Assembly (NCBI GenBank): GCA_963807605.1
Contig: CAWECG010000004.1
Span: 576,001 to 640,000 of the forward strand
Reading direction: 5' to 3'
Source of the DNA: Candidatus Bathyarchaeota archaeon
Lineage (GTDB): Archaea; Thermoproteota; Bathyarchaeia; 40CM-2-53-6; RBG-13-38-9
DNA: 64,000 bases
Both the position numbers and the translations under genes were made by a program. Below the pieces are notes generated by a model. That model ran no database searches. It saw only the letters and a list, made by a program, of their open reading frames with translations, and was not told the DNA's origin. Shown here in pieces: positions 40,788 to 51,265 of the stretch. Positions within the stretch are counted from its first letter, which is position 1; every line of letters starts with the position of its first letter.

Positions 40788-42050
40788 CTAAAAATGTGTA
40801 TTTTTATGCACGACATTTTTATTCGGAGCGTTGGATGGCTCTGTCCCACCTGCTCCTCGGTCCTTGGCCGGGGTGTACAGGTATTCATTCTTCTTCGCCA
40901 TCCAAGAGGCGTCCGCACTCACGGCAAACGGTTGGCCGCATAGGCGTAGTCCACGTTGAACTATCTCCAGTGAGGAGAGCTTGTTTCGTGCGTAGTCCAC
41001 GCCGCAGGTGTCACACTTTGATATCTCCCAGGCTGGGTGCTTTAGTTTGTCACTGCAGACGGGACACTCTGAGGAGGTCCCTCTTGGGTTCACGTACAAG
41101 GTGCGATTAGGAGATTTGTACTCGACCATAGACTGGTAGAGGCGGTAGGGCCATCGGTTCAGGTGCATCCTGAACCTCTTTCCTTTGTTCTTTCCGCCTT
41201 TTCTAATGCCTTTGAGATTCTCGAAGATATGTGAGGTGCCCGGGTTTGCTTTCACGGTCTCTGTGCTGAGTTTGTGGAGGGTGTCGTTTATGCGGTTTTT
41301 TTGTCTGCCCCGTGTCTCTCTCAGTTTCCTTTCACGTTTCTGCGGGTTCTTGACGTGCAGTTGGATTTGTCGTCGTCTTCTTGAGAAATCGTTTTGGATT
41401 CTGGTTATTTGTGTGATTGGGGTAGTTTTCACGTCTTCGAGGCTTGGTGTGCTGTTGGCAATCACGGTGGTGGAGTCGATGGTGCTAAAGTTCAGGTCGC
41501 TGCCAACAAATCTGCCGCCTATGGGTTTATTGTCGTCTGTGATGGTGAATGTGAGGCAGATCTTTCTGTCGGTTATCAGCAGCTCGGATGGTCTGCCTCT
41601 GTTGTATTCTTGGTAGTGTTTGTTGGCGGTGTTGAGTGGTAACCATACGTACTGGTTTGGTTGTAGCGTTACCCTGATCTTGTCGTCCATGATTCTGAAC
41701 AGTTCTGTGTCGATGCGCATCGCCAGCCTTTGGACGTCTGGGATTCGTAGTTCACCGTGATGATTCTTCCTGTACGAGCGAATTATTCCTGTCGCCGCTC
41801 TGCACACGGGGTTGATGTGGTGTCTTGCATAGTCGTATCTGGAGTTGAACCAGTCTCTTGTTTCTCTTCTCAGTATTATTGGGGAAGGTATTCTGCGCTC
41901 CTTGTCTCTCACGATTATTCTGTAGGCGAGTTGGAGCGAGTAATTGATGGCATCTCGCATGTCCTGAAGGTACTTCACTGTTGCCTCCGACGGTTCGTAG
42001 CCCCAAGCAATCGTCCTCTTCCCTCCCTTCGACCTCCACGGATGATTCAA
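40788..42050 (-). CDS. tnpB: IS607-associated TnpB (RuvC-III Asp apparently Asn)
   Basis: GSDLN, IFENL, GTSSECPVC..CDTC, DYARN. Confidence 0.85.
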   Translation of the reverse strand: MNHPWRSKGGKRTIAWGYEPSEATVKYLQDMRDAINYSLQLAYRIIVRDKERRIPSPIILRRETRDWFNSRYDYARHHINPVCRAATGIIRSYRKNHHGELRIPDVQRLAMRIDTELFRIMDDKIRVTLQPNQYVWLPLNTANKHYQEYNRGRPSELLITDRKICLTFTITDDNKPIGGRFVGSDLNFSTIDSTTVIANSTPSLEDVKTTPITQITRIQNDFSRRRRQIQLHVKNPQKRERKLRETRGRQKNRINDTLHKLSTETVKANPGTSHIFENLKGIRKGGKNKGKRFRMHLNRWPYRLYQSMVEYKSPNRTLYVNPRGTSSECPVCSDKLKHPAWEISKCDTCGVDYARNKLSSLEIVQRGLRLCGQPFAVSADASWMAKKNEYLYTPAKDRGAGGTEPSNAPNKNVVHKNTHF

Positions 42051-42658
42051 CGTGCCGTTACCTCCTTTACGGTGGCAAGTAGCTTCTTGGTCTTGTGGCT
42101 TCTGAGTCCATACAGCTTCGCTGAGAGAGAAGTGATTATGGTTATCAGATCCTGAACGAGCTCTTCCTGTGAAGAGATAAACTCTCTATTGTTGACCGCC
42201 ACGATCTCCGTTCCGAATTTCTCGCATAGCCATTGAATCAGGTCGAAGCCGAACCTTGCGAGCCTGTCCTCATATGTAACATAAAGCTTTGATACTTTCC
42301 TGTTCACGATGGCTTCTAGGAGCTTTCGAAGGTCTCTTCTCCGAAAGTTTAGCCCAGACCTGATGTCGCTGAAGACTTCTGCATCGGGCGAAGCGATCTC
42401 TTTTAGTACCCGGATCTGTCTCTCAAGGATTCCTTTCTGGTCATGGGAGGAGACTCGGGCGTAGATTGCTTCCCTTCTATCTTCGGGTAGACTGAGAACT
42501 CTTCTGATTTCGCTCTCGGGAATGCGTCTCATACCACTTGGAAGCCTGATACATTTTATCTTGCCCGCCCTATCCCAAACCTGAATTGTATGCACGGTTA
42601 CACCGAGAGCTGATGCAGCCTCTTTCGGACGGTAACTCTTCTCCACGCTGAAATACAC
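42047..42658 (-). CDS. tnpA: IS607 serine recombinase transposase
   Basis: N-terminal MerR-like HTH, IYARVSS, SGLNFRR, EDRLARFG, ELVQDL..SAKLYGLRSHK. Confidence 0.95.
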   Translation of the reverse strand: MYFSVEKSYRPKEAASALGVTVHTIQVWDRAGKIKCIRLPSGMRRIPESEIRRVLSLPEDRREAIYARVSSHDQKGILERQIRVLKEIASPDAEVFSDIRSGLNFRRRDLRKLLEAIVNRKVSKLYVTYEDRLARFGFDLIQWLCEKFGTEIVAVNNREFISSQEELVQDLITIITSLSAKLYGLRSHKTKKLLATVKEVTAR

Positions 42659-42886
42659 CCAAATACATAATTATACATACTTGTTTATGACTGTTACATT
42701 ACCCTCTGGGTTAGAGAGGCGTTCAAGGTCGTGTAGACTTGTCGAAGGCGGAAAGCGTTGGGCTTAACATACTACTCATAACCTCCAGACAAGATCTTGG
42801 ACATCCAGAGTCCAAGAGAATACAAACTACTATCCATCAAGCAGATGATAGATATTGACTCGGCCTTAAGGCATTTAGGTAGGAAA

Positions 42887-44272
42887 TTGACACTCCACTG
42901 TCTAAAGATAGGGGATTCTAGCTTCTATCATGTTCATCGGTTGATGGGTCATAGCGTTGTTGCGCTCCCACCTCATTCCATCCCACTTTAGAAGGTTAGG
43001 GCGTGTCATCACCCTGTTAATGACTCCCGCAGGGAGCTTAACACCCTGAGTGAGTCCTATATTTACAACACCAATAGCATCCCTATGAGCCTCCAATCCA
43101 CAGTTAAGGCATTTGAAGAGTCTACCTTTTCTCTCAATACTTTCTGACCCACATCTCACGCATCTGCTTGAAGTCTTGTATTCACTGACTTCTTTGACCC
43201 GTATCCCATACTCCTGCGCTGTATGTTCCAGTCTTTGAATAATATAGTTGAAACTCCAGAAGTTGTGGATCATTGAATTGCTCTTCTTGCCTTTGCTATT
43301 GTCATCTCTGATGCCTGTTAGGTCTCCTATCACAATCTTTGAAACACCGAGATCATATCAGATCTCTTACCATGACCCTTATCATGGTGTTGATGGCCTG
43401 CCTGAATCTCCGTTGCCTTATACTGTAGAGTTTGCTGAGTCGCTTCGAACTCTTCTTGCCGTTGACTGCTTCAAGCATGCTCTGGCAATCCGCTATTCTC
43501 CTATTCCAGTACCACCAATCTGCTAGGAGGTTTCTTCCATTGTATGCTATTGGTTGCCTCCATCCTTCAAGCCAGATGGTGAACAGGTTGATTACGCCGG
43601 GGTCGATGTAGCATGTCTTGGAGCCTTTCGGCTTAAACAATGGCTTTACCTTTACAGCCTGAAAGACACGCCACTTCCCATCAACCTCATCATAGATGAC
43701 CTCGGCCTTTCCCTGCTTGCCACCCCATCTTGTCTTGCCTCGGATGGGTATCTTCAACTTCTTTGGTAGCTTCATCACTTCATCCTTCAGGCTGTAGATG
43801 TCGTTTCTCAGAACCATCATCAGCCTGTAGTTTCCATGTCGCTTCCAGTATCCAGGCATACACACCTTCTCCATGTTTGGCGGAAGTTTGCCTTCTCGCT
43901 CCAGCTGCTTTAATGCAAAGAAGCCCCTCCATGACTCGTTGCTCTTCCTGATGATCTGTTGAGATGTCGCCGAATCGATTAGTGGTGTGTACTTTCGATA
44001 GAGGTCTTTGCATCTCCAATCTAGGGGTTGATAGTTCATGTATGCCTGTCTTTTGCGGTAGGTTGCCTCATTCCAAAGTTTGGCACAGTTGGTAGCTTTA
44101 TCCCTCAGCATCCTCTCTTGCTCCACCGTTGGATCAAGGATGAAGGTGTTAGTTCTCCGCATGAAACTACCAGCATTATCATTGAAACACCAAGACATTT
44201 AAGCCCCAAACGTCTCACTCTTGTCGCAATTCATCCCACCCCTGAAGGAGTGGGCTTTCTTGCTAGTTCAAT
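42887..44272 (-). mobile_element. IS200/IS605 tnpB-only element, F1 copy 3
   Basis: F1 ends; TTAC target at 44273-44276. Confidence 0.93.
42902..44162 (-). pseudogene. tnpB: tnpB F1 copy 3, frameshifted
   Basis: 1-nt insertion near 43359 relative to copy 1 (GATCATATcAGATC) splits the ORF. Confidence 0.88.
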
Positions 44273-44304
44273 GTAAGATAGTCCGACATGTAGGCTGACT
44301 GGCT

Positions 44305-44583
44305 ATGTCGGAACCCGAGATAACCACTGTAAGCAAGAAAGGGCAGGTCGTAATACCGAGGGGGATAAGGGAGAAGATGAAGCTGGTGCCGAAGACAAGA
44401 CTTCTTGTATACGATTACGATGACACCTTGATTCTCAAGAAACTCATCATTCCGGACGTCGAGATCGAGATGAAGGCCTTGTGGAAAGAGATCGATAAGA
44501 GAATAGACAAGAAGCACAGACCCACCCAGAGAGAGGTAGATGAGGAGATACACGCCTACAGGAAAGAGAAGAAAGCTGAGTGA
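44305..44583 (+). CDS. AbrB/MazE-type antitoxin
   Basis: VSKKGQVVIPRGIRE; overlaps the PIN gene. Confidence 0.88.
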   Translation: MSEPEITTVSKKGQVVIPRGIREKMKLVPKTRLLVYDYDDTLILKKLIIPDVEIEMKALWKEIDKRIDKKHRPTQREVDEEIHAYRKEKKAE

Positions 44584-45020
44584 GCATGCTCAGAGCGGTG
44601 CTGGACACAAATGTCTTAGTGTCGAGTCTATTAGCCCTCGGAAAGCCGAGAGAGCTCCTGACGAGAATTCTTAGGAGAGAAATGGCTCTCGTGATCTCGA
44701 AAGAGATCCTGAACGAGTTCATGAGAGTTATGAGAAGAAAGAGATTCTCAGAGTATGCTACAGAAGAGCAGGTTAGGAGATTTGTTGAAAACGTCAAGAA
44801 ATCCGCTGAGCTTGTGATGTTGAAAAACGATCTTAAAGTGATCGATGAAGATCCGAAAGACGATATCGTCATAAACACGGCATTAGATGGAAGTGCTGAC
44901 CTCATAATCTCAGAAGATCATCATCTGCTCAGTCTCAGAGAATTCAAAGATATCAAGATCGTATCCGTAGACGAAGCTTTACGCATACTCAAGAAGGGCA
45001 GCCGAGCATGCAAGCCTTAG
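44580..45020 (+). CDS. PIN-domain toxin (VapC-like)
   Basis: VLDTNVLVS, E, DPKDD, SEDHHL. Confidence 0.9.
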   Translation: MSMLRAVLDTNVLVSSLLALGKPRELLTRILRREMALVISKEILNEFMRVMRRKRFSEYATEEQVRRFVENVKKSAELVMLKNDLKVIDEDPKDDIVINTALDGSADLIISEDHHLLSLREFKDIKIVSVDEALRILKKGSRACKP

Positions 45021-45032
45021 TTCCACATTTAC

Positions 45033-46399
45033 ATTGAACTAGCAAGAAAGCCCACTCCTTCAGGGGTGGGATGAATTGCGACCAGAGTGAGACGTTTGGG
45101 GCTTAAATGTCTGGTGTTTCAATGATAATGCTGGTAGTTTCATGCGGAGAACTAACACCTTCATCCTTGCCCCAACAATGGAGCAAGAAAGAACACAGGG
45201 ATAGAGCTACCAACTGTGCTAAACTTTGGAACGAGGCAACCTACCGTAGAAGACAGGCATACATGAACTATCAACCGATAGATTGGGAGTGCAAAGACCT
45301 CTATGAAAAGTATACACCGCTAATCGATTCAGCGACATCTCAACAGATCATCAGAAAGAGCAACGAATCATGGAGGAGCTTCTTTGCCCTAAAGAAGATG
45401 GAGCGAGAAGGCAGACTGCCACTAAATATTGAGAAAGTATGTACGCCAGGGTTCTGGAAAAAAGATGGAAAATACAGGCTGATGATGGTTCTGAGAAACG
45501 ACATCTACAGCCTGAAGAATGGAACGATGAAGATATCCATCCGAGGCAAACCCAGATGGGGTGGCAAGCAGGGAAAAGCCGAGGTCATCTATGATGAGGC
45601 TGATGGGAAGTGGCGTGTCTTTCAGGCAGTAAAGGTAAAGCCATTGTTTAAGCCGAAAGGCTCCAAGACATGCTACATCGACCCCGGCGTAATCAACCTG
45701 TTCACCATCTGGCTTGAAGGATGGAGGCAACCAATAGCATGCAATGGAAGAAATCTACTCTCTGATTGGCGGTACTGGAATGAAAGAATAGCAAGTTGCC
45801 AGAGCACTCTTGAAACAATCAATGGTAAGAAAAACTCAAAGCAGCTAAGCAGATTCTACAGGATGAGACAACGGAGATTCCGACAGGCCATCAACACTAT
45901 GATAAGAAGCGTGGCCAGAGACCTCTATGATCTCGGTGTTTCAAAGATTATGATAGGAGATCTAACGGGCATAAGAGAGAACAATGGAGAGAATAGTCAC
46001 AAGGTCAACTCAATGATTCATAACTTTTGGAGCTTCAACTACATTATTCAAAGACTAAAGTGTACAGCGCAGGAATATGGCATAAGAGTGAAAGAAGTCA
46101 GCGAATACAAAACTTCAAGCAGATGCATAAGATGCAGCTCAGAAAACATTGAGAGAAAAGGCAGACTCTTCAAGTGTCTAGAATGTGGATTGGAGGCTCA
46201 TAGGGATGCTATTGGTGTTGTAAATATAGGACTCACTCAGGGGGTTAAGCTCCCTGCGGGAGTGATTAACAGGGCGATGACACGCCCTAACCTTCTAAAG
46301 TGGGATGGAATGAGGTGGGAGCGCAACAACGCTATGACCCATCAACCGATGAACATGATAGAAGCTAGAATCCCCTGTCTTTAGGCAGGGGAGTGTCAA
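45033..46399 (+). mobile_element. IS200/IS605 tnpB-only element, F1 copy 4
   Basis: TTAC (45029-32)|ATTGAAC left end; right end ...GAGTGTCAA. Confidence 0.93.
45142..46384 (+). pseudogene. tnpB: tnpB F1 copy 4, N-terminal frameshift
   Basis: Homologous start ATG 45142 (MRRTNTF) hits a stop after a 2-nt deletion near 45196; also lacks five residues (LPKKx). Confidence 0.8.
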
Positions 46400-46805
46400 A
46401 GGTTTTACTCTTCAAGGATCAGATGCAGATCCTGTTCGCGACGTCAGCCGATTCATGAAGAAACCTCATACCGAACGTATCACATCTAATTCATCAAACT
46501 CCCAATATTCACCCCTGCGATCTCCAATGCGGCCTTAGCATCTTGTAGGTGTCATAGAAAGAGGAGCTTCTTTCCATACTCATTCATCGGTGGCTATTGG
46601 ACTTTGATCACAAGTACTGTAGATGGACACCTCCTGTAGACTACCTCACAGACCTCAAACCGACCAACTATTTTTCAATCAGGTCTACAGTACTGAGATC
46701 TTCGAACGTCCAATCGACCTATGGTGGAATTTAATAGGGGCATGGTTTCGATCTTTTGGAGGCTTTTGTCTTTCAAGCATGCACTTCAAGGGGATCTTGA
46801 CTTCA

Positions 46806-47579
46806 ATGGATGAATCATACGCACTTGAGGCTGAGTCGGTCTCGAAGTCCTTCGGCACCGTGAAGGCTGTTGACAGCGTAGATCTACATATCCGTAGAGG
46901 CGAAGTCTATGGGCTGCTTGGGCCGAATGGCTCTGGTAAATCCACCTTGATGAAGATGAGTCTAGGACTGTTGAAACCTGATGCCGGCTCAGTTAAGGTT
47001 TATGGAATCGATGTTCAGGAGGATCCTCTGCGGGCTAAACAAATCACTGGTTACGTGCCCGAATCTCCTCGCCTTTACGACTTCCTGACAGCCCTTGAAT
47101 ATCTAGACTTTGTCGCAGACATTCGCCAGATGAACTCTCAAGTCAAAGTAGAGCGGGTGAACGAGTTTCTCAGGGCGTTCGAACTTGAAGGACGGGAGAA
47201 TGAGATGCTCAGCGGTTACTCGCAGGGGATGAGGCAAAAGGTAGTGATAACCGCCGCGTTACTTCACAGACCCAAACTGTTGATCTTGGATGAACCACTG
47301 AACGGACTGGACCCGAGATCTGCTCGAATAGTCAAGGATCTGATCTATAAACTTGCGAAGGAAGGAGTCACAGCAGTATTCAGCACCCACATCTTAGAGA
47401 TAGCTGAGGCCGTATGCGACCGCATAGCGATAATGTTCAGGGGAAAGGTGCTCGCTGAAGGCACGCCGACTGAGCTTCGCAAGCAGGCGGGTATGCCGGG
47501 CTCAACCTTGGAGGAACTCTTCCTGAAACTAACAGGGACAGGAGACGTAAGAGAGATAGTTGAGGCTTTGCTGAAGTGA
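46806..47579 (+). CDS. ABC transporter ATP-binding protein
   Basis: GPNGSGKS, YSQGMRQK, LILDEP, STH. Confidence 0.92.
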   Translation: MDESYALEAESVSKSFGTVKAVDSVDLHIRRGEVYGLLGPNGSGKSTLMKMSLGLLKPDAGSVKVYGIDVQEDPLRAKQITGYVPESPRLYDFLTALEYLDFVADIRQMNSQVKVERVNEFLRAFELEGRENEMLSGYSQGMRQKVVITAALLHRPKLLILDEPLNGLDPRSARIVKDLIYKLAKEGVTAVFSTHILEIAEAVCDRIAIMFRGKVLAEGTPTELRKQAGMPGSTLEELFLKLTGTGDVREIVEALLK

Positions 47580-49207
47580 ACCTCAAGACAGTCCACAGTC
47601 TGGCACTGGTGTTAATTGTTTCTCAGTTGCGGGCGACTCGCCGAACGAGTAACAGATTAGGCGCTCTCAGAAGGCCATCCGCAGTACTCCTCATAGATGG
47701 CCTAGCCTTCCTAGGCGCTTATATGCTGACTCAAAGGCTCACTCCGATAGTCACTAACGGTTCGCACTTGGCTGTCCAGGTCAACGTCGACCTACCCATG
47801 TTCCTGATTTTTGTGGTGATGCTGTCGGGATTGTTGTGGGAGATCAGCTACTCATTCGCTTTTACATCGACCGACATGGTCAACTATCTGCCCATCTCTG
47901 CAGCAGAGTACGTCTTAGCATCTTCAGTCTCTACTGTCTTCTCATACTCTATCTTTCTGGCTGGCGGTTTGGGAGTCGCGCTCTCTCTTGCGCAGCAGTT
48001 CGGTCTCCTCCGCTTATGGTTTGTGACAGCTGCAATGAGCTTAGTCGCGGTATTCATAGGCGCCTTTGGCGTTGAGATGATGAGGTCGTTTACGAATAGG
48101 GCCTCTTCTTTATTCTACAGACGCAGCGGGAGACCAGTTTTGATATTGAGAACAATAGTTCTCATAGCGGCTATAGTATCCTTTCAGCTGGCCTTCAATC
48201 CGAGATTCGTAATCATTATTCTCGGAGGCGTGACAGCGGGGGCGCAGGCAGCCTGGTATTTCCCCCTGGTGTGGCCGTCACTGACCGTAGTTCAACTTCT
48301 CGGAGCAAAATGGGTCTCCTCTTCTCTTTACGCTGTACTCAGTTTGGCCCTCACATCCAGCTTCTACTTGGCCGCCACCAAGCTGCGACAGATTTACTGG
48401 ATGACAACCCCAGTATCGGTCAGACTCCCTGCAGGCGCATATACTTCCAAAACTGGACTTCTGAGGAGACTCGGTTTGGATGATGCTGAGAGTGCGATTG
48501 TCAGGAAGGATTTCAGATCACTCACCCGTCGCAGAGAGATGGCCAGATTCCTAGCCCTTCCAGTTCTAATAGTCATCTCAATGCTGATTCCCTCATTAAT
48601 GTCAACCGAAGAGCAGCCACCCCTATTCTCAAACGTCATCTCCTGGGCCTTCCCGCTAATGCTCGGCATCATATCTTTCGCCCTGCTTAATTCGATGATA
48701 AGCATTGGACAAGAGGGACATTCGATCTGGAGCCTCTACGCGGCCCCGATATCCCCTAGAGAGTTAGTCCGGGCCAAAGTAGGCGCAAATTTAATCCTGA
48801 CCTTACCTGTAGCCGGAGCGTTCTGGCTTGGCGTAACCCTACTTGGACATCAAAGCCTCAAAACATCCACAGCTTTCCTTCTAATCCTGATCGCAACCAG
48901 CCTCGTTGAATCCCTTGTGGGCGTCATGGTTGGTTTGAGGTTTCCAGACTTCAATGAGACCATAAGAAGCCGCTTCATCCGGATCCCTGGTATGCTACTT
49001 GGCATGTTGATTGGCGCAATCGCTGAAGGCATCCTACTCGTACCCTATGGGTTCTACCTCTTTCTCGAAGTAACATCAATGAACAGAGATGCTTACTTCA
49101 TTCTCGCCTCTCTAGTCACCGTCGGCCTCGCGACACTGACCTCAAATATTGCCTATCGATATTGCCTGTCCAGAGCCAAAAGACTCCTTCAAGAAATACC
49201 CGTTTAA
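47576..49207 (+). CDS. ABC exporter permease (large, multi-TM)
   Basis: Two hydrophobic halves, YLPIS and AIVRKDFR motifs; coupled to the ATPase gene. Confidence 0.8.
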   Translation: MNLKTVHSLALVLIVSQLRATRRTSNRLGALRRPSAVLLIDGLAFLGAYMLTQRLTPIVTNGSHLAVQVNVDLPMFLIFVVMLSGLLWEISYSFAFTSTDMVNYLPISAAEYVLASSVSTVFSYSIFLAGGLGVALSLAQQFGLLRLWFVTAAMSLVAVFIGAFGVEMMRSFTNRASSLFYRRSGRPVLILRTIVLIAAIVSFQLAFNPRFVIIILGGVTAGAQAAWYFPLVWPSLTVVQLLGAKWVSSSLYAVLSLALTSSFYLAATKLRQIYWMTTPVSVRLPAGAYTSKTGLLRRLGLDDAESAIVRKDFRSLTRRREMARFLALPVLIVISMLIPSLMSTEEQPPLFSNVISWAFPLMLGIISFALLNSMISIGQEGHSIWSLYAAPISPRELVRAKVGANLILTLPVAGAFWLGVTLLGHQSLKTSTAFLLILIATSLVESLVGVMVGLRFPDFNETIRSRFIRIPGMLLGMLIGAIAEGILLVPYGFYLFLEVTSMNRDAYFILASLVTVGLATLTSNIAYRYCLSRAKRLLQEIPV

Positions 49208-49391
49208 TTGCAGAGTTATCCGAATAGTCATCGGGCTTGTTGACATGAAAAGGAAGATAGATACAATTGAGAGGAGAATACGGTGAGATCGTCAAAGAAC
49301 AGCCTGTATATTGCGAAGGCTTCAGCCTTTTTCGGCGCCTTCAAAAAGGAATGGAAGATAACTGGTTCAATGAGTCAACCCTTAACTGGAC

Positions 49392-49811
49392 TTGATGCGA
49401 ATGGCAATTGAGCCAAGCGCGATCCGTAACAAAATTGATAGCGACAGGTTTGCAAAATTCTTGGGGATTCAGCTGCTTGAGTTGAAGGAGGGGTATAGCA
49501 AGCTCTCTATGACTCTCACGGACAAGATGCTCAATTTTCATAATGTGGGGCACGGTGGTGCGATATTCGCCCTTGCGGACGCGGCATTCGCGGCTGCAGC
49601 CAACTCGCACGGCCAAAAGGCACTAGCTCTCTGCATGAACATCAACTACTGCTCGCCGGCGAAAGAGGGGATGAAGCTTATAGCAGAGGGCTTCGAGGAG
49701 AACCTCGGCAGAAGGACAGGCCTCTATCGAATGATTGTGAGAAGCGACGAGGGGCAACTAATTGCGACATCTTATGGCACTGTCTACCGTAAGCCAGAAG
49801 AATCTATCTAG
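49392..49811 (+). CDS. PaaI-like hotdog thioesterase
   Basis: NFHNVGHGGAIFALADAAF. Confidence 0.9.
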   Translation: MMRMAIEPSAIRNKIDSDRFAKFLGIQLLELKEGYSKLSMTLTDKMLNFHNVGHGGAIFALADAAFAAAANSHGQKALALCMNINYCSPAKEGMKLIAEGFEENLGRRTGLYRMIVRSDEGQLIATSYGTVYRKPEESI

Positions 49812-49867
49812 GCAACTCAAGAAGGCAACAGCGCTGGTGAAGAGATCTTTGGCACAATCGCTTAGGT

Positions 49868-51082
49868 CTACTTACCCGGGAGACTCTCACGGGATTTGCT
49901 AATGAATGCGACAAGAGCTATAATGCCTGCGGTGGCCGTTACAACGCTGAACTGAAAAGCCGCAGCCGGACTGATATTGCTCCATAGTGCCCCGAATGAT
50001 GCATTCGCGACGAAGGCCCCTATGCCGATAATGGTATAGTAGATGGCGTAGGCGGTCCCCTTCAGGTCCGGCTTTGTGAAGTCGGGGATTATGGCACGCT
50101 GAACAGTGTCTGAGATCGCGAGGTAGCTCCCGAAGAGGAAGGCTATTACAAATCCATATAGAGGATTTCCCATAACGAAGAAGCCTAGTGCCGACGTGAA
50201 AAGGAAGACCACGTACCCGAGGCCGAGCACGGGGATCTTTCCTACCCTGTCAGCCAATATTCCTGCCGGTACCCCAAGGATAACGGTGGCAACATTGAGG
50301 ACGGCATAGACGAGCGGGATATAGTTCATCTCAATCCCTAAAGATCCGGCCTTCAAAAGAATGAATGAGAAGTCGTATGCACCTACAGAGAATACTCCTA
50401 GAGTCAGAAGCAACAAGACAAATCGCCGGTCCAGTACTTCTCTTGCATTCTTGAAGATGCTTCTCTGTCTTACCGGCCCACGATAATCACGCACGAAGAA
50501 GACGAGTATCAACAGAGCTATTGCGGCAGGGATGAAAGAGAGCCAGAAGACTCCGCGTATGCCGATGAATGGGATAACGGCGAATGCTACGATCGGGCCG
50601 AGGACGGCACCTACTTGGTCAAGTGACGCTTGGAGACCGAATGCTCTTCCAGATTTTGACTTGGCCACTGAGTCGCTTATCAGGGCGTCCCTGGGCGAAG
50701 TTCTGATGCCCTTTCCAGCTCTGTCTGATACTCTTACCAGCAAGGCTTGGCTCCAGGAGCTGGTTACTGCAAAGATGGGTTTGCTGATTGAGGACAATCC
50801 GTATCCGAGGAGAACAAGAGGCTTCCGTCTAGCGATCTTGTCTGTCAGCAGGCCTGAGAAGACTCTGAACAAGTAGTTAGCGGCTTCAGCAACACCCTCG
50901 ATGAGTCCTAGGACTGCGGCTGAACCACCTAGGTCTTTTACGATGAAGAAAGGTAGAACGCCCAGAATCATCTCCGTTGACACGTCTGTGGAAAGGCTGA
51001 CATATCCGAGTCTAACCACGTTCCGAAAGCCAAGCTCGCCCTCATGCTCGTCACTTGACTTGGACATGCTCACATCATCCAA
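49868..51082 (-). CDS. MFS transporter
   Basis: DRAGKGIRTSPRDALI, GILADRVGK. Confidence 0.92.
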   Translation of the reverse strand: MDDVSMSKSSDEHEGELGFRNVVRLGYVSLSTDVSTEMILGVLPFFIVKDLGGSAAVLGLIEGVAEAANYLFRVFSGLLTDKIARRKPLVLLGYGLSSISKPIFAVTSSWSQALLVRVSDRAGKGIRTSPRDALISDSVAKSKSGRAFGLQASLDQVGAVLGPIVAFAVIPFIGIRGVFWLSFIPAAIALLILVFFVRDYRGPVRQRSIFKNAREVLDRRFVLLLLTLGVFSVGAYDFSFILLKAGSLGIEMNYIPLVYAVLNVATVILGVPAGILADRVGKIPVLGLGYVVFLFTSALGFFVMGNPLYGFVIAFLFGSYLAISDTVQRAIIPDFTKPDLKGTAYAIYYTIIGIGAFVANASFGALWSNISPAAAFQFSVVTATAGIIALVAFISKSRESLPGK

Positions 51083-51265
51083 TCATGTTCAGGCATTATT
51101 CCCTAATTAGACTTCATCAGATTATCGAAATGTGATTTGGTGTTTCTGAGTCTTAAGAGCTGGACCTGCGATTGCTTGTTCTGATTGGCGGAGTAAGCTA
51201 TAACAGTTCGCTCTCGAATTAGTCTTAAGTCTCACGCTGTGAAGATACATAATACGGGTTAGATA

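Larger units (their letters stand above)
40767..42703 (-). mobile_element. IS607-family element (boundaries approximate)
   Basis: Overlapping serine-recombinase tnpA and tnpB; AT-rich left-end region; no IS605-type hairpin ends. Confidence 0.8.

Noticed and set aside
45107-45196. Intact 425-aa TnpB in F1 copy 4
   Set aside because: Its N-terminus is out of frame relative to the other copies; the homologous start is frameshifted.
42887-46399. Composite transposon carrying the TA pair
   Set aside because: Single-strand IS605 transposition needs LE and RE on the same strand around the cargo; here two left ends on opposite strands flank it.
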